Shown one piece after another: positions 13,091 through 28,600 of a stretch of DNA of 64,000 bases. The notes beneath the pieces are model-generated. The model was not told the DNA's origin, searched no databases, and saw only the letters and a list, made by a program, of their open reading frames with translations. Position numbers and translations under genes: made by a program. This DNA comes from the human T2T-CHM13v2.0 reference genome, Homo sapiens. The DNA lies in assembly GCF_009914755.1 (NCBI RefSeq), contig NC_060933.1; one strand, given 5' to 3'. The first letter of the stretch is position 1, and every line of letters begins with the position of its first letter.

Positions 13091-14999
13091 AGTAACTTCA
13101 CATCTCTCTGTTTCCATTTCCTGCCCTCAAATGCCTTCATAATAGAGTCTACGTAATAAGGTTATAGGGATTCAGTGCAGATGAAGTGCTGGCACTTGAT
13201 ACGGGATCAGTAAGTATTAGCTATTATTCTATCACATTAAGTTGCATAAACTTTAACCTCATTACTCTTAAATTCTCTATAGAAACCTAGTCTTTATCTG
13301 TCTTACAAGCCCTCAAATTTAGCTAATAGCGTTGTTCATTGAATACCTTAAAATTGTATTTAAAGACAGGCCGTGAATACAATTAGGCATTGCTTTTTGA
13401 AGCCAAAATACCATGAGGGTGGGGAGGGTCATGTTCATTTACCCAGATCAGCAATAAAAATACTAATGGCTAACAAGGCTTTCTGGGGAAATTGCCTGTC
13501 ATTGGGTAGCCCAGTGCCTCTGGTGTCAGCTGACCCCGGAGTCCATGAAGACATGTTAAAAGAAGAGGAAATGTGAATGCTTTCAAACCAGCCATGGCTG
13601 GCAGCAGAAGGGGAGGCCTTTCAGTCTGTTGCAAATGGCCTGTGACAATAAAAATGCCTTTGTGGGTATTAGCAGGCTGACTGTGGACAGTCTGGATCTG
13701 CGGCCACTGCAGGGATTCCTGGAACCTGTTGGGAAGGTGTCCGGCGAGCTCACTGTGGTGTCTGTTAGGAATCTGGAGCAAATCCTATTTCTTTTGAAAG
13801 CACAGAGAACTGTGTTTTTACATTATACCTTTAGGATTTTGGCCATGGTTTATATTTCAGTCAAAACAAATCATTATGTTCCCTAGGCTTTTATATAGGT
13901 TTTCCTGGTCAGGTTGCATTTGTTTTTCAACTTTACTATCTGTCATTATTGCTGCTCTTATTACAGGTTAACAGATTATTAAACTGCACTTTTCAGTACC
14001 TTGTAGCTAAAGACAGACAAGTGCAGGGTGTTCCACATCTGAGTTCACCCAGCAGTGCTGTGTTGTTGCGTTGCACTGAGCAGGCACAGAAGGCTCTGAG
14101 ATATGAGAGACTTGGTCTCTACCCCAGAGGAGTTTACATTGTTGTGGTGGCAGAAGAGAAGGCGTGGCATAAGAGAAGACGCGGTTGTTCTGTAGTGAGC
14201 ATCCCAGTGTCAGGTGCCACAGTTGGCATCCATGCAGAAATTCTCTGCATGCAGGATTCATTGAGCCCTCCCGACAGCCCAACTAGGTTGATGCCATGCC
14301 GTTGTTGCCCTGTTGTGCAGTTGAGAAACTGAGGCTCAGAAACAAATGTCTTCAAGACATGCTGGTGCTGAGGTTTGAACAAGGCCTGTCCACCCAGAGC
14401 CCATGCTTTTTGTACTGCTGGGGACATGTGAACAGATTGCTTACTGGGTGATAGATGCAGGGTGGTGATAGAGACAGACACCAGGTACCCAAATGGGTTA
14501 AAGGAGAAGCATCCTGTTGTGGGCGAGGTGATGGGGAGGAGGAAGGACCGGTTAGAGAAGGTTTATGGGAGATGGGGAGGCCAGGAAGAGCAGAAGAGGC
14601 TGGGGAACGAACTCTAGGGAGAGTAAATGGCACTTGTCACAGTGCAGTCAGGAGAGGCAAGCAACAGGAGGCCTGGGGGATCTGAAAGGAGTTTGGAGAG
14701 GCTGGAATGGAAAGCAGGAGTAGAGGGCCAGATGCTCCCAGTCTCAACCCTGAAGAGCCTGGCATGCCTGCTTCAGGAGCTCAGACTTTTACTATAGTGG
14801 TGGAAGGAATAACAACCCCAGCCATTTTTTGAGGGCCTGTGCATGCCTAGGCCCTCAAAAACATGTCCCATGTTAGCTGCAAACTGCCAGCTACCCTGCA
14901 AAGCACATCATGATCCCAGCATTGCCCCCGATGACACTGCCAGTAAGTGGTAGCTGACCATTGGGAGACAGGGCCACCTCCCAAGCCCATGCTCTCTTC

Positions 15000-15360
15000 T
15001 GCCTCTCGGCTGGCAGCCATCTCTAAGGGATTTGAAGCAAGAGAGTGACCTGGTCAGGTCTGCATTTGAGAAAGATGGCCCTGATAGTAGGGAGTGGAGG
15101 TGGAATGGCCAAAGGGGGACCCAGCCAAGGGCGTGGTAGAGCATGGAAAGGACAGAAGTGATGAGAGATTGAGGAGGAAAAGTGCCAAGATGCAGGGTGG
15201 GAACTGACAGAGGATGACTTCCAGCCTCAGTCCTGATATGGGCGTCAATGGCAGGTGTTCAGAATGGCCTTGAAGATAGTGGCATCTCTATTTATGAGTG
15301 TCTTTGTACTCCATTTCCAGTAATTGGAGACTTTTTCACCGTAGATTCTTGGAAGGTGAC
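15000..15360 (-). mobile_element. L2 fragment
   Basis: agccat...ggatttgaagcaagagagtgacctggtcaggtctgcatttgagaaagat pattern typical of L2. Confidence 0.65.
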
Positions 15361-15429
15361 ACAATTTTTTTTTTTCCTTTTTGGTTGAGGGAGGGGGACA
15401 GGGACTGTGTATCTTCAGAAAGGTTAATA

Positions 15430-15697
<268 letters not shown>

Positions 15698-16160
15698 CTA
15701 GTTTCTACCAGAGACAGTCACAGGCACTGTACTTCTACTCTGGTTTGTTACCTGTGTTCTTAAAAAAATTAAATGCTACATTTTAGTAAGAGGTTAGTGA
15801 AATAAAATTTTAATTTTTCCCATCAGAGGACATGGAGCCCTTGAATTCTATCCCAGACTCCCAGGGTCTTCCAGGTTAACAAGTCCTGCACTAAGGAATT
15901 GGCTCAGTAAAACCTCAGCATTCTCACAGGAAGAGCCTAAAAAGGAGACTGGGATAAATTAGTGAGAGGTCCAAATTATGCAATTTTCTTTTAAAATAAA
16001 TGCAGTTTTATTACTTTCCACTTGTAGCCATTATAGGCAGTAGATTAAATGAGTTTCTAGAGAAACCTCCTTTAAAAATAAAGTTATTTAATTAGTCCAA
16101 GGTTTAAATATTTCCCCTGGAATCTTTTACATGACAATGTCTTAGCCAGACAATTTTTAA

Positions 16161-16490
<330 letters not shown>

Positions 16491-16686
16491 TGACGGTTGT
16501 GATCATTGTTCGCACCACTACTTTGAAATGACATAGTTGCCACTGGACCTTGTTATTTAATGTGCGAATAAAGAGACAGTTATTTAAGGCATTAATAAGA
16601 GCTATATTACAAGTTTTTAAAAGTCTTTTGAGGACTGTTTCAAAAAGTCTTTTGAGGACTGTTCTCCTTTGCAATCCTCTGTAAAT

Positions 16687-16744
16687 GCACCATTGCATTC
16701 CAACCCGGGCAACAAGAGCAAAACTCTATCTAAAAAAAAAAAAA
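16687..16744 (+). mobile_element. Alu 3'-end fragment
   Basis: gcaccattgcattccaacccgggcaacaagagcaaaactctatct(A)n. Confidence 0.85.
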
Positions 16745-16949
16745 TTCATCCACAGGACAGCGCTGGCCTTCCGTTAGACTTTTGCTGTTGAGTCTGTAAG
16801 TTTTCAGCAGCTGTGTTTCTCCAAGGAGCGGGGCTACTGCTGGTTCTTTACGTCTTTCCCCCACTGCCCTGCCCCTCCCTGCACCCTAGCAGCTGACACA
16901 GTGTTTTGGGATTTGAAGATAACACAAAGGCTGTGTTCAGTTAAACGTA

Positions 16950-16953
<4 letters not shown>

Positions 16954-16981
<28 letters not shown>

Positions 16982-16997
16982 CTTGTGTGTGTGTGTG
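16954..16997 (+). repeat. Interrupted (TG)n microsatellite
   Basis: About (TG)14 CT (TG)7. Confidence 0.97.
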
Positions 16998-18444
16998 TTT
17001 TAATAATTTTAACTTCTCTGGGTGAAGGTGTAAATTACAAAATAAAGGACCATGTAGAAATAGATAAAATGACTTTCATCAAGCTCAAAATGTGGGAAAT
17101 AATACTTTTCCTCTAAGCTCATATTTTGAAAAGTTGTTTGAGACTGTTATAAAATAACTTGAGAATAGTCTGAGCATGATCTCATCCGCTGGAACGGAGT
17201 ATGAAATAAAACACGAAGCCTCTTTTTAGAAGGATCTGTTTTATAGATTTTTAAATTACAGAGATTCCTTGAACTGGAGGATAATAGCGAAGGACCCACA
17301 AAGGAAATATGAATAAAGCAGCACAAGTTTAAATAATTGAATGTGAGCAAAATTAAAGGGAACGTTTGTCACGTCTGACATGCTCCATCCTCCTGTCCCC
17401 CCCACACTGAACCGTCTCCAAGAACCTTCCGGAGAGCCCACAGTGTGAACAGTAATGAATGCTCCATAGCTGGCCGCCTTGCACTCTAGTGGGAACTATG
17501 ATGTTGGGCACAAGTGCCAGCAGGAAGGTGGGAAGCTTCCCGGGGATGTTTTTCCTGGAGGTCAAGTCCCCCCTTGGGCTGTGAAGTAGCCGGTACTGGG
17601 GTTCATGGGCATTTCCCTTCCCTGACTGTTCGCCAGCGTCTGGCACAGCACCAGCAGCCCCTGGAAGTCTAGGCCAGATATGCCATGTCCGAGAATCTTT
17701 TGTAAACATTTTTCATCAGTGACTCACAGCTTTGAGAAAGGATTATTTTTATATAAAACGATCTTTCAATTTTACTTTAAAGACCCAAACCATTTTCTTA
17801 GAATACTGTCTAAACAAGTTAATCATGCACAGATCCAGTGAATTCTGTGGCCTGGTTCTTATAAAATTTCCAAATAATTTTATACTGTCATAGACAGAGC
17901 CAGAGCTTTTTAGAGGTTTGAGGCATTTTTTAGATGTATTACTGTTCTCGGTGCTCAACTAGCTAATTAGTGATTTTTTCTGAGTTTAGTTGGTGAGTGG
18001 AAACCTTTTTGTTAACATTATGACAAAATAACAATATGGTTTTAAGTGGAGTGAGAGGCACTTTTGAAGATCCAGATCTTAGATCCAGATCTTAAATCTG
18101 TTTAAAGTATGACTCAGAAAGGAGGCTGCAGAAAATGTTCACTAAAAAAATTTAAGAATAATAGCAGATGCTAAAATTTATTTCCCAAGACAATAGCCAA
18201 AAAGATCTGCTGGAAGAACAGAAGAAGGGAACTAGTTGGGGCATCTTTTTTTTTTGAATGAAGCCTTCAGCCTTCTTTAGGGGAATCTTGCTTCCTGACA
18301 GAGGGACCGGTGGAAAGTTTGTGTCTTAAGCAAGAAAGATTTAAGTACATTCTGCAACTTTGGCCTTGTAAGCTGTGATCATTTTTAAGGTTGACGAGCA
18401 TAGTTCACTATGAAATGAAGCAAGTAACTTGGCATTTATACATT

Positions 18445-18509
18445 GTGAGTCAATTTTGACATCAGCCTGGATTGGGAATTGACTGGAAGGTTTTGGTGTT
18501 GGACTGTGG
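18445..18509 (+). pseudogene. Putative non-functional human counterpart of mouse c-abl type II 5' exon
   Basis: Reads NFDISLDWEL/(frameshift)WKVLVLD/V-G versus recalled mouse isoform II MISFDLLSDELHLKLLVLDV. The start is GTG and the expected donor position 18510-18511 is CT. Confidence 0.65.
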
Positions 18510-19070
18510 CTACACTTCAGTGTCTCGGTCCAGAGGCATGCATGAGCAATACTTCCCTTTGGGCTTTAGCCATTAATTTGTGGAATAGAGCAAGAACTGG
18601 AGAGGAAAGTCGAGAGACTGCCTTGGATCGCCTGACGTCCTGTTGAATCAAAAAGCAGTGGGAGGCCCTTTCCTTCCTAACAAAGGCCTCATCCTCTTGC
18701 ATAACATTCCCAGCATCTGTCGACATGTTCGGGACCATCCCACTTTAACCCACACTTCAAGTGGATGGCCACCTCTGGGCGGGGATCTGCATTCTGCTTA
18801 TTCCAGGTGTTTTCCAGGCCACTTCCCCGATTATGTAACTTTGATCAAATCCAGATGCGGCAGAATGTTTGATAGAAGAGGTCAAATGGCATTTGAGAAG
18901 AAAAGCATTTCTGTATTCATGACTTTGGTTTAATTTCCTGTGTGGGCCTGGTCTGCCAAAGTTGTATGCTCATGGCCACGAGGTTGACGCACCAGAGGGA
19001 GGCACTCAAGTGCCTTTTCAGGACAGCCTGAAGGAAGCCTCCCTCCCCAGCATGCTTTTTCATGTTAAAT

Positions 19071-19408
19071 TATCAATTATGTAAGTTTAGGGCCAGGCGC
19101 GGTGGCTCCTGCCTGTAATCCCAGCACTTTGGGAGGCTGAGGTGAGTAGATCACTTGAGACCAGGAGTTCAAGACCAGCCTGGCCAACATGGCAAAACCC
19201 CGTCTCTACTGAAAATGAAAAAAAAAAAAAAAAAAAAAACTTAGCCAGGCGCAGTGGCTCACATCTGTAATCCCAGCTACTCAGGAGGCTGAGGCAGGAG
19301 AATCACGTGAACCTGGGAGCTGGAGGTTGCAGTGAGCCTAGATCGCACCACTGCACTTCAGCCTGGGCGATGGAGTGAGACTCCAACTCAAAAAAAAAAA
19401 AAAAAAAA
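19071..19408 (+). mobile_element. Alu with expanded A linker
   Basis: Full-length; linker contains an A run of about 22. Confidence 0.95.
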
Positions 19409-19447
19409 TTTCAATTGGCTTCTATTAAAGCTTTTTTATGTTTGTCA

Positions 19448-19878
<431 letters not shown>

Positions 19879-20393
19879 TCACAGTTTGGTGAAATTCCTC
19901 CTCGTCTTCTATTTTTTCATAGTTGGGACCATGCCTATATACTGGAATGTAATATAAACACTTAATATATTATTGCGAGTATATTCTCAAACTTAAATAT
20001 TTTTTCCAAAAATATTTTGAGTGGCTTTTAAAATATATCCTATTTTATGCATGCAGCATAAACTAACTTATCCTGTGTTGATAGATATTTTGTACTTGCC
20101 CTTTTCTGTGCTGTTGTTTAAAATTAGTGTATAGAAATAATTGTGTTGATCACTTAGGATAAATTCCTAGAGGTAAATCAGATATTAAATTCTTTATAGA
20201 CTTCTGGTTCATATTCCAGTTGCCCTCAATTTATACACCTACTACTAGCATTGTATGAGAGTGCCCGTTTCTCTGAAATCTTACCCACACTGGCTGTCAG
20301 CGTCAAAAAGATGTATCTGCAGATTTGGCAAGGAATTTGCATTTCAGTGATTATTATCAAGCGTTCACACACTTTCCATGTTTAATGGTAATT

Positions 20394-20688
20394 TTTTTTG
20401 TTTTTTTTTGAGACGATGTCTCACTCTGTTGCCCAGGCAGAGTGCAGTGCCGCGACCTTGGCTCACTGCAACCTCTGCCTCCCAGGTTCAGGTGATTCTC
20501 CTGCCTCAACTCCTTAGCAGCTTGGATTACAGGCATGCGCCACCATGCCCGGCTAATTTGTGTATTTTTAGTAGAGACGGGGTTTCACCATATTGGCCAG
20601 GTTAGTCTCAAACTCCTGACCTCAAGTGATTGCCCGCCTTGGCCTCCCGAAGTGGTGGGATTACAGGTGTGAGCCACCGCACCTGGCC
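20394..20688 (-). mobile_element. Alu
   Basis: TSD tttaatg(g/a)taat. Confidence 0.95.
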
Positions 20689-20837
20689 TTTAATGATAAT
20701 GTAAATTTTTTGTGAATTGTTTATTCGTGGCTTTGCCCCATTTTTTCCATAGTGGAGGGATTTTTCTTTTTCTTGTTGGTATGTAAAGTCCTTGTGTGTC
20801 AAGAATGCTCTGCCTCACAGTTTTTCTAATATAATGA

Positions 20838-21750
<913 letters not shown>

Positions 21751-21764
21751 GGGGTGGGGATCAC

Positions 21765-22065
<301 letters not shown>

Positions 22066-22631
22066 TAATAGTGATGGCGCTAGGTGTACTTTTAGAGCCA
22101 ATGTAAATAGTCGAGAAAGGGGGCCAAACATATGACTAAGCTTCTTCTACACTCTAGGAGATGTCAGTATTGCAAGATCCTGTTCCTTGAAATTATCTTT
22201 GCCCCCCGCCATTCAGAAAAATTACCAAATATTGTAATAATGTAATTTAGGACTTACCCTTTCAGAGAAACAGTTCCTGAAGGTTGACTTCAGTTAGTAG
22301 TACAGAAGCGAGACTTGAAGCTCTTCATGGTTTATGTTCTGTTGGTTTATCCCAAAGAGATGTTTTAGAGCACATTCATTTCTGAAAGTTCTCGGTCATG
22401 TTTCCGGAAGTTTGATCAGGTGGGTTCTTTTTCTTTTTTTAAAAGATAATTTTTTTTTTAAAGATAATTCAGAATCAGTCCCACCCCTGAGATGGTATTA
22501 TTACCCAGGAAAGAATGCGTGAGGATCCTCTAAATCCATAGAGAAGGAAAACTAAAACAATTTTGTTACCATTTGTTTGGCTCAAGCATCTGGTAGATCC
22601 TTCAGTTCTTTTCAAATTAGAATTTTCCTCT

Positions 22632-22950
22632 CTTTTTCTTTTTTTTTTTTTTTTTTGAGATGGAGTCTTACTCCATTTCCCAGGCTGGAGTACAGTGGCA
22701 CAATCTCGGCTCACTGCAGCCTCACCTCCCGGGTTCAGGCAATTCTCCGGCCTCAGTCTCCTGAGTAGCTGGGATTACAGGTACCCGCCACTAATTTTCA
22801 TATTTTTGCCTGGCTAATTTTTGTGTTTTTAGTAGAGATGGGGTTTTGCCATGTTGGCCAGGCTGGTCTCGAACTCCTGACCTCAGGTGATCTGCCCACC
22901 TCAGCCTCCCAAAATGCTGGGATTACAGGGGTGAGCCTCCACGCCGGGCC
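22632..22950 (-). mobile_element. Alu
   Basis: Antisense Alu, TSD tctcttttt. Confidence 0.95.
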
Positions 22951-23050
22951 TCTCTTTTTAAGATAATAAAAATTACTAAACATCATAATGACATGATTTG
23001 GGATTACTCTTTCAGAGAAACAGTTCCTAAAGGTTTACTTCAGTTAGTGA

Positions 23051-23380
23051 TTTTTATTTTTATTATTTATTTATTTTTTGAGATGGAGTCTCACTCTGTC
23101 TGCCAGGCTAGAGTGCAGAGACGAGATCTCAGCTCACTGCAACCTCCGCCTCCCAGACTCAAGCGATTCTCCTACCTCAGCCTCCTGAGTAGCTGGGACT
23201 AGTAGCTGGAACTACAGGCGCCCGCCACCATGCCCGGCTAGTTTTTTCTATTTTAGTAGTGACGGGGTTTCACCGTGTTGCCCAGGTTGGTTTTGAACTC
23301 CTGAGCTCAGGCTCAGGCAATCTGCCTGCCTCAGCCTCCCAATGTTCTAGGGTTACAGGCATGAGCTACTGTGCCTGGCC
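23051..23380 (-). mobile_element. Alu
   Basis: 16-bp TSD cagttagtgattttta at 23041 and 23381. Confidence 0.95.
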
Positions 23381-23932
23381 CAGTTAGTGATTTTTAAATT
23401 GTAGTTCCTTAAATGAGTATTTTGGATTTCACTCCACAATGTTCTTCAACTGTAAGATCTACTTGAGGTTATTTGATTTGCTGGTTTGCAAGAACTCGTC
23501 TACACGTTGTCTTTATCACAAAGAAATTCTGGAGCGTTTGAGCCCTGTTCAAAAAAAAAAGGCAAGAAGAAACTTCAGGAACAAATAACCTATTTGACCC
23601 TGTAATGAATAATATTCACACATTTTCTAATTTAAGAGCTGTTGATTGATTTCCAACTTTTAGAATCTGTTTCAGACAAAACATGGAAGTTTAGTAACAG
23701 TTTTTTCTATTCTGTAATAATAATTGCCACAAGGTTAAAAAAAAAAATTTACAGAAGAACATATTTGAGGGTGGTCGTGGGGGCAAGAAAGCTGGAAGGA
23801 CGGGTGGGGTGTGTTAATAGCCTTGTCTTGTGAAGTAAGTCCTCAGAGACGCTGTCCTAGTTGGAAGAACAGGCAGTGAAGGTGTGCGTCTGTTACGGAG
23901 AATAGGACTCCAGTGATCTAGCTGGTACTTAG

Positions 23933-24587
<655 letters not shown>

Positions 24588-24936
24588 AAAGCAAGAAATT
24601 TTCATTGCATATTTTAAGCAAAGGCAAATGCATATGTGGATAGACTGTTTTAATTTGACTAAAGTCATATTGAATCCATGAATTTTAGAAGCTCAAACTA
24701 TTGGGGAACAATAATTACCACCTTGGAGTGAAAATACTTAATTTCCACAAGATTTAGTAAAGGAAGAGTTTTTTAAAAACCACCTTAATGATAATAGTAT
24801 GTACAGATGTTAAGAAATGAAATAGGAATGTGTAATGTTGGAAACACAAATATTTTTGCTTCTGAGAATAAAACTAATTTTTTCTCCCAATTTTCTCTTC
24901 CTTTTTCTTTTTTCTGTTCCCCCCTTTCTCTTCCAG

Positions 24937-25110
24937 AAGCCCTTCAGCGGCCAGTAGCATCTGACTTTGAGCCTCAGGGTCTGAGTGAAGCCGCTCGTTG
25001 GAACTCCAAGGAAAACCTTCTCGCTGGACCCAGTGAAAATGACCCCAACCTTTTCGTTGCACTGTATGATTTTGTGGCCAGTGGAGATAACACTCTAAGC
25101 ATAACTAAAG
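24937..25110 (+). CDS. ABL1: ABL1 exon 2 (a2; N-cap and start of SH3)
   Basis: Long polypyrimidine tract, ccag|AAGCCCTTCAGCGG; [14 protein letters not shown]...[17 protein letters not shown]; donor AAG|GTAAAA; 174 nt. Confidence 0.99.
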
Positions 25111-25615
25111 GTAAAAGGGTTGTGGGCAGCTAGTGGTGGTTGCAGGAGATAGAAATCTGGGAATTGCGGTTTGACCTACCACCCTTTGCTCGTTAAAGGA
25201 GCAGCTTTGAAATCTGGACTGCAGGGATATCCAAAACAACAACTGCATGTTTCTAAGGGAGTCGACTCTCCTTAGAGGAGTTCTTGTACAATAGCCCTGG
25301 GCAAAAACAGAACTTGCCCTATTTTTTATACTGAAAAGGACAGCTGGACAAAATACTGAACGCAATTTTTCCCCTAAGAAAAAGCATTATTTCCCTAAAA
25401 TGTCTTATATTAGGAACAGAGCACTTGAATAAACATAATTGATTTATAAAAACTGAGGCTATACACTTACCTATCTGTTCAGTACAAACAGGAAGCTTCA
25501 AATGTAAACGTGAATTCTCATACACTTATAAATGCATATCTTTATGTGGACTTGTTAAAATGAAATTGGTATTTAGGAATTTGGAGATTTTTAGTAGTTA
25601 CACAAGAATCAATGA

Positions 25616-26107
<492 letters not shown>

Positions 26108-26750
26108 TAGCCTTATGAAGACCCTTTATTGAGGATCCGTTCTGTGATATTACAAGTTCCTGGGACTGGTATGATTCTCTTATTGTCTTGCTAGAGTTTT
26201 GTTGTTAGCAAGTTACTTAAAATAGGAGGAATATCTGTTGGGTTTTGGACACATTTTTTACAATAAGATTCTTCCTTTAAAAAAAATATTTTATAATGAT
26301 AGAAATCATCCCCAACGAGAAAAATTCAAATAATAGATAACCTTTCTTAGAGCGAAAGACCACTTTACTATCCCCTCCCCCACAGACGCCTGGCACGTGG
26401 GCTTCTTCCTGCGGATGAACACATTCATGGAGAGGTGTGTGGACATACGTGCATACACGCATGCAGTTTTCAGTGAAAACCGGGATCAAACCCACAGCTT
26501 ACCAAACCCAAAGTGTGGTGTTGTAAGGGAGGTGGCCTATATGATTTTGTGGTCTTCATATAAATAATCCTTAAGAGTCCATAAAGAGAAGGGAGGAGTT
26601 AACATTGACTGAGGTATTGCTATAATACCTGCATCTTTGCATTAAAGAAAGGGAGGCATAAAGAGATCTTGCCCGATGTCAACCTAGTGAGTCACTGATG
26701 GAATAGGCTTGGATCCCACAGTTTATTCTACTGCACCAGGCTGTAGTTGA

Positions 26751-27394
<644 letters not shown>

Positions 27395-27399
27395 TATAT

Positions 27400-28600
27400 T
27401 TTTTAAATAGTATGTAATGCATGCATATGGTTAAAAAAAATCAAAAGAACAAAATGAATTACAGTAAAAAGTAATCGTCTCCTAATTCACTTTTCCTGCC
27501 CAGAGGCAAGCACTGGTACTAGTTCCTTCTAGAGTTACCTGGACACAGATGGATGGTATATAGATGTTTATGTGGATGTTTATATTCAAAAAGGCACGCA
27601 AATGATACATGCACGCGAATGCATCATGCTTCTCCCGTGTGATAATACACCTTCGAGATTGTTTTATGGCAACAGGTTTAGAGCTGCCTCATTCTTACCA
27701 GTGACTGTGTACCGTGGATGGACTGTCACTTATTTCAGTAGTCCCCTGCTGGTTGACTTTTAGGTTGTTTCCAATCTTTAGTTATTGTAAATAATGCTGA
27801 TATGAGGTGGCTTTCAAACCTTTTCAAAAATCTGGTTCTGCTGTAAGAAAAACTCATTTTACACCACCACCCAGCCCTCACAATATAACAAAAGTTTCAT
27901 GAAGTCTTACCTACCCTTACTGTATGTAACGCACTCTGATAGTTTGTATTTCATTCTGTTCTATTTCATTTTTTAAAAATTCTGGTTGTAATCCACTAAA
28001 TTTATTTCATAGACTGACTAGTGGCCCATGGCCTGGTTTGAAAATGCGTTGCACGTGCTTCTTTATGTGGGTGTAAGTGTGTGCAGATAAGTTGCCAGAA
28101 CTGACTGAAGGTTATGTGCATCACCAGGTCACCCTCTATAGAAATTGTACAAATTTGTTCTCCCACAAACAATCCATGAAAGGGCTTGTTTCCCCTTAAC
28201 CCACACCAACAGTTTATTATTAGACATGTAAAAACACCTTTGTCACTCTGACTGGTAAAGAATGGCATCTCATTATGTTGAATATCCATGTGGCATATTT
28301 TGGGTCATCTTTATGCCATTTAGTAAATTCATCTTTTTCCTACATGTTAGAAATATACCAAGTGTATATGTGTATCTAGGCCTGTTGACCTCTCTGTTCT
28401 CTTCCATTGGTCTGTCTATCCGTATGCCAGTACCAAACTTGTAATTGCTATGGCTTCATACCATGTTGTGGTATCTGATAGGCTAGTCCCCACTTACCTT
28501 TTTAACTTTTTTTTTTTTTGGCTGTCTTCACACATTCACTTGTACCATATGAACATACATATACTTCCTTTTTAATGTTCTTATTTTTCTTCACATCCCA
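27400..28600 (-). mobile_element. Old L1 (L1M) 3' fragments
   Basis: ggttgtttccaatcttta...aatgctg and ggtctgtctatccgtatgccagtacca motifs typical of antisense L1M. Confidence 0.7.
27806..28051 (+). mobile_element. hAT-Charlie MITE (Charlie18a-like) nested in L1
   Basis: gtggctttcaaacctttt...aacaaaagtttcatgaa...cccttact...gcactctgata...gtttgaaaatgcgttg. Confidence 0.7.
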
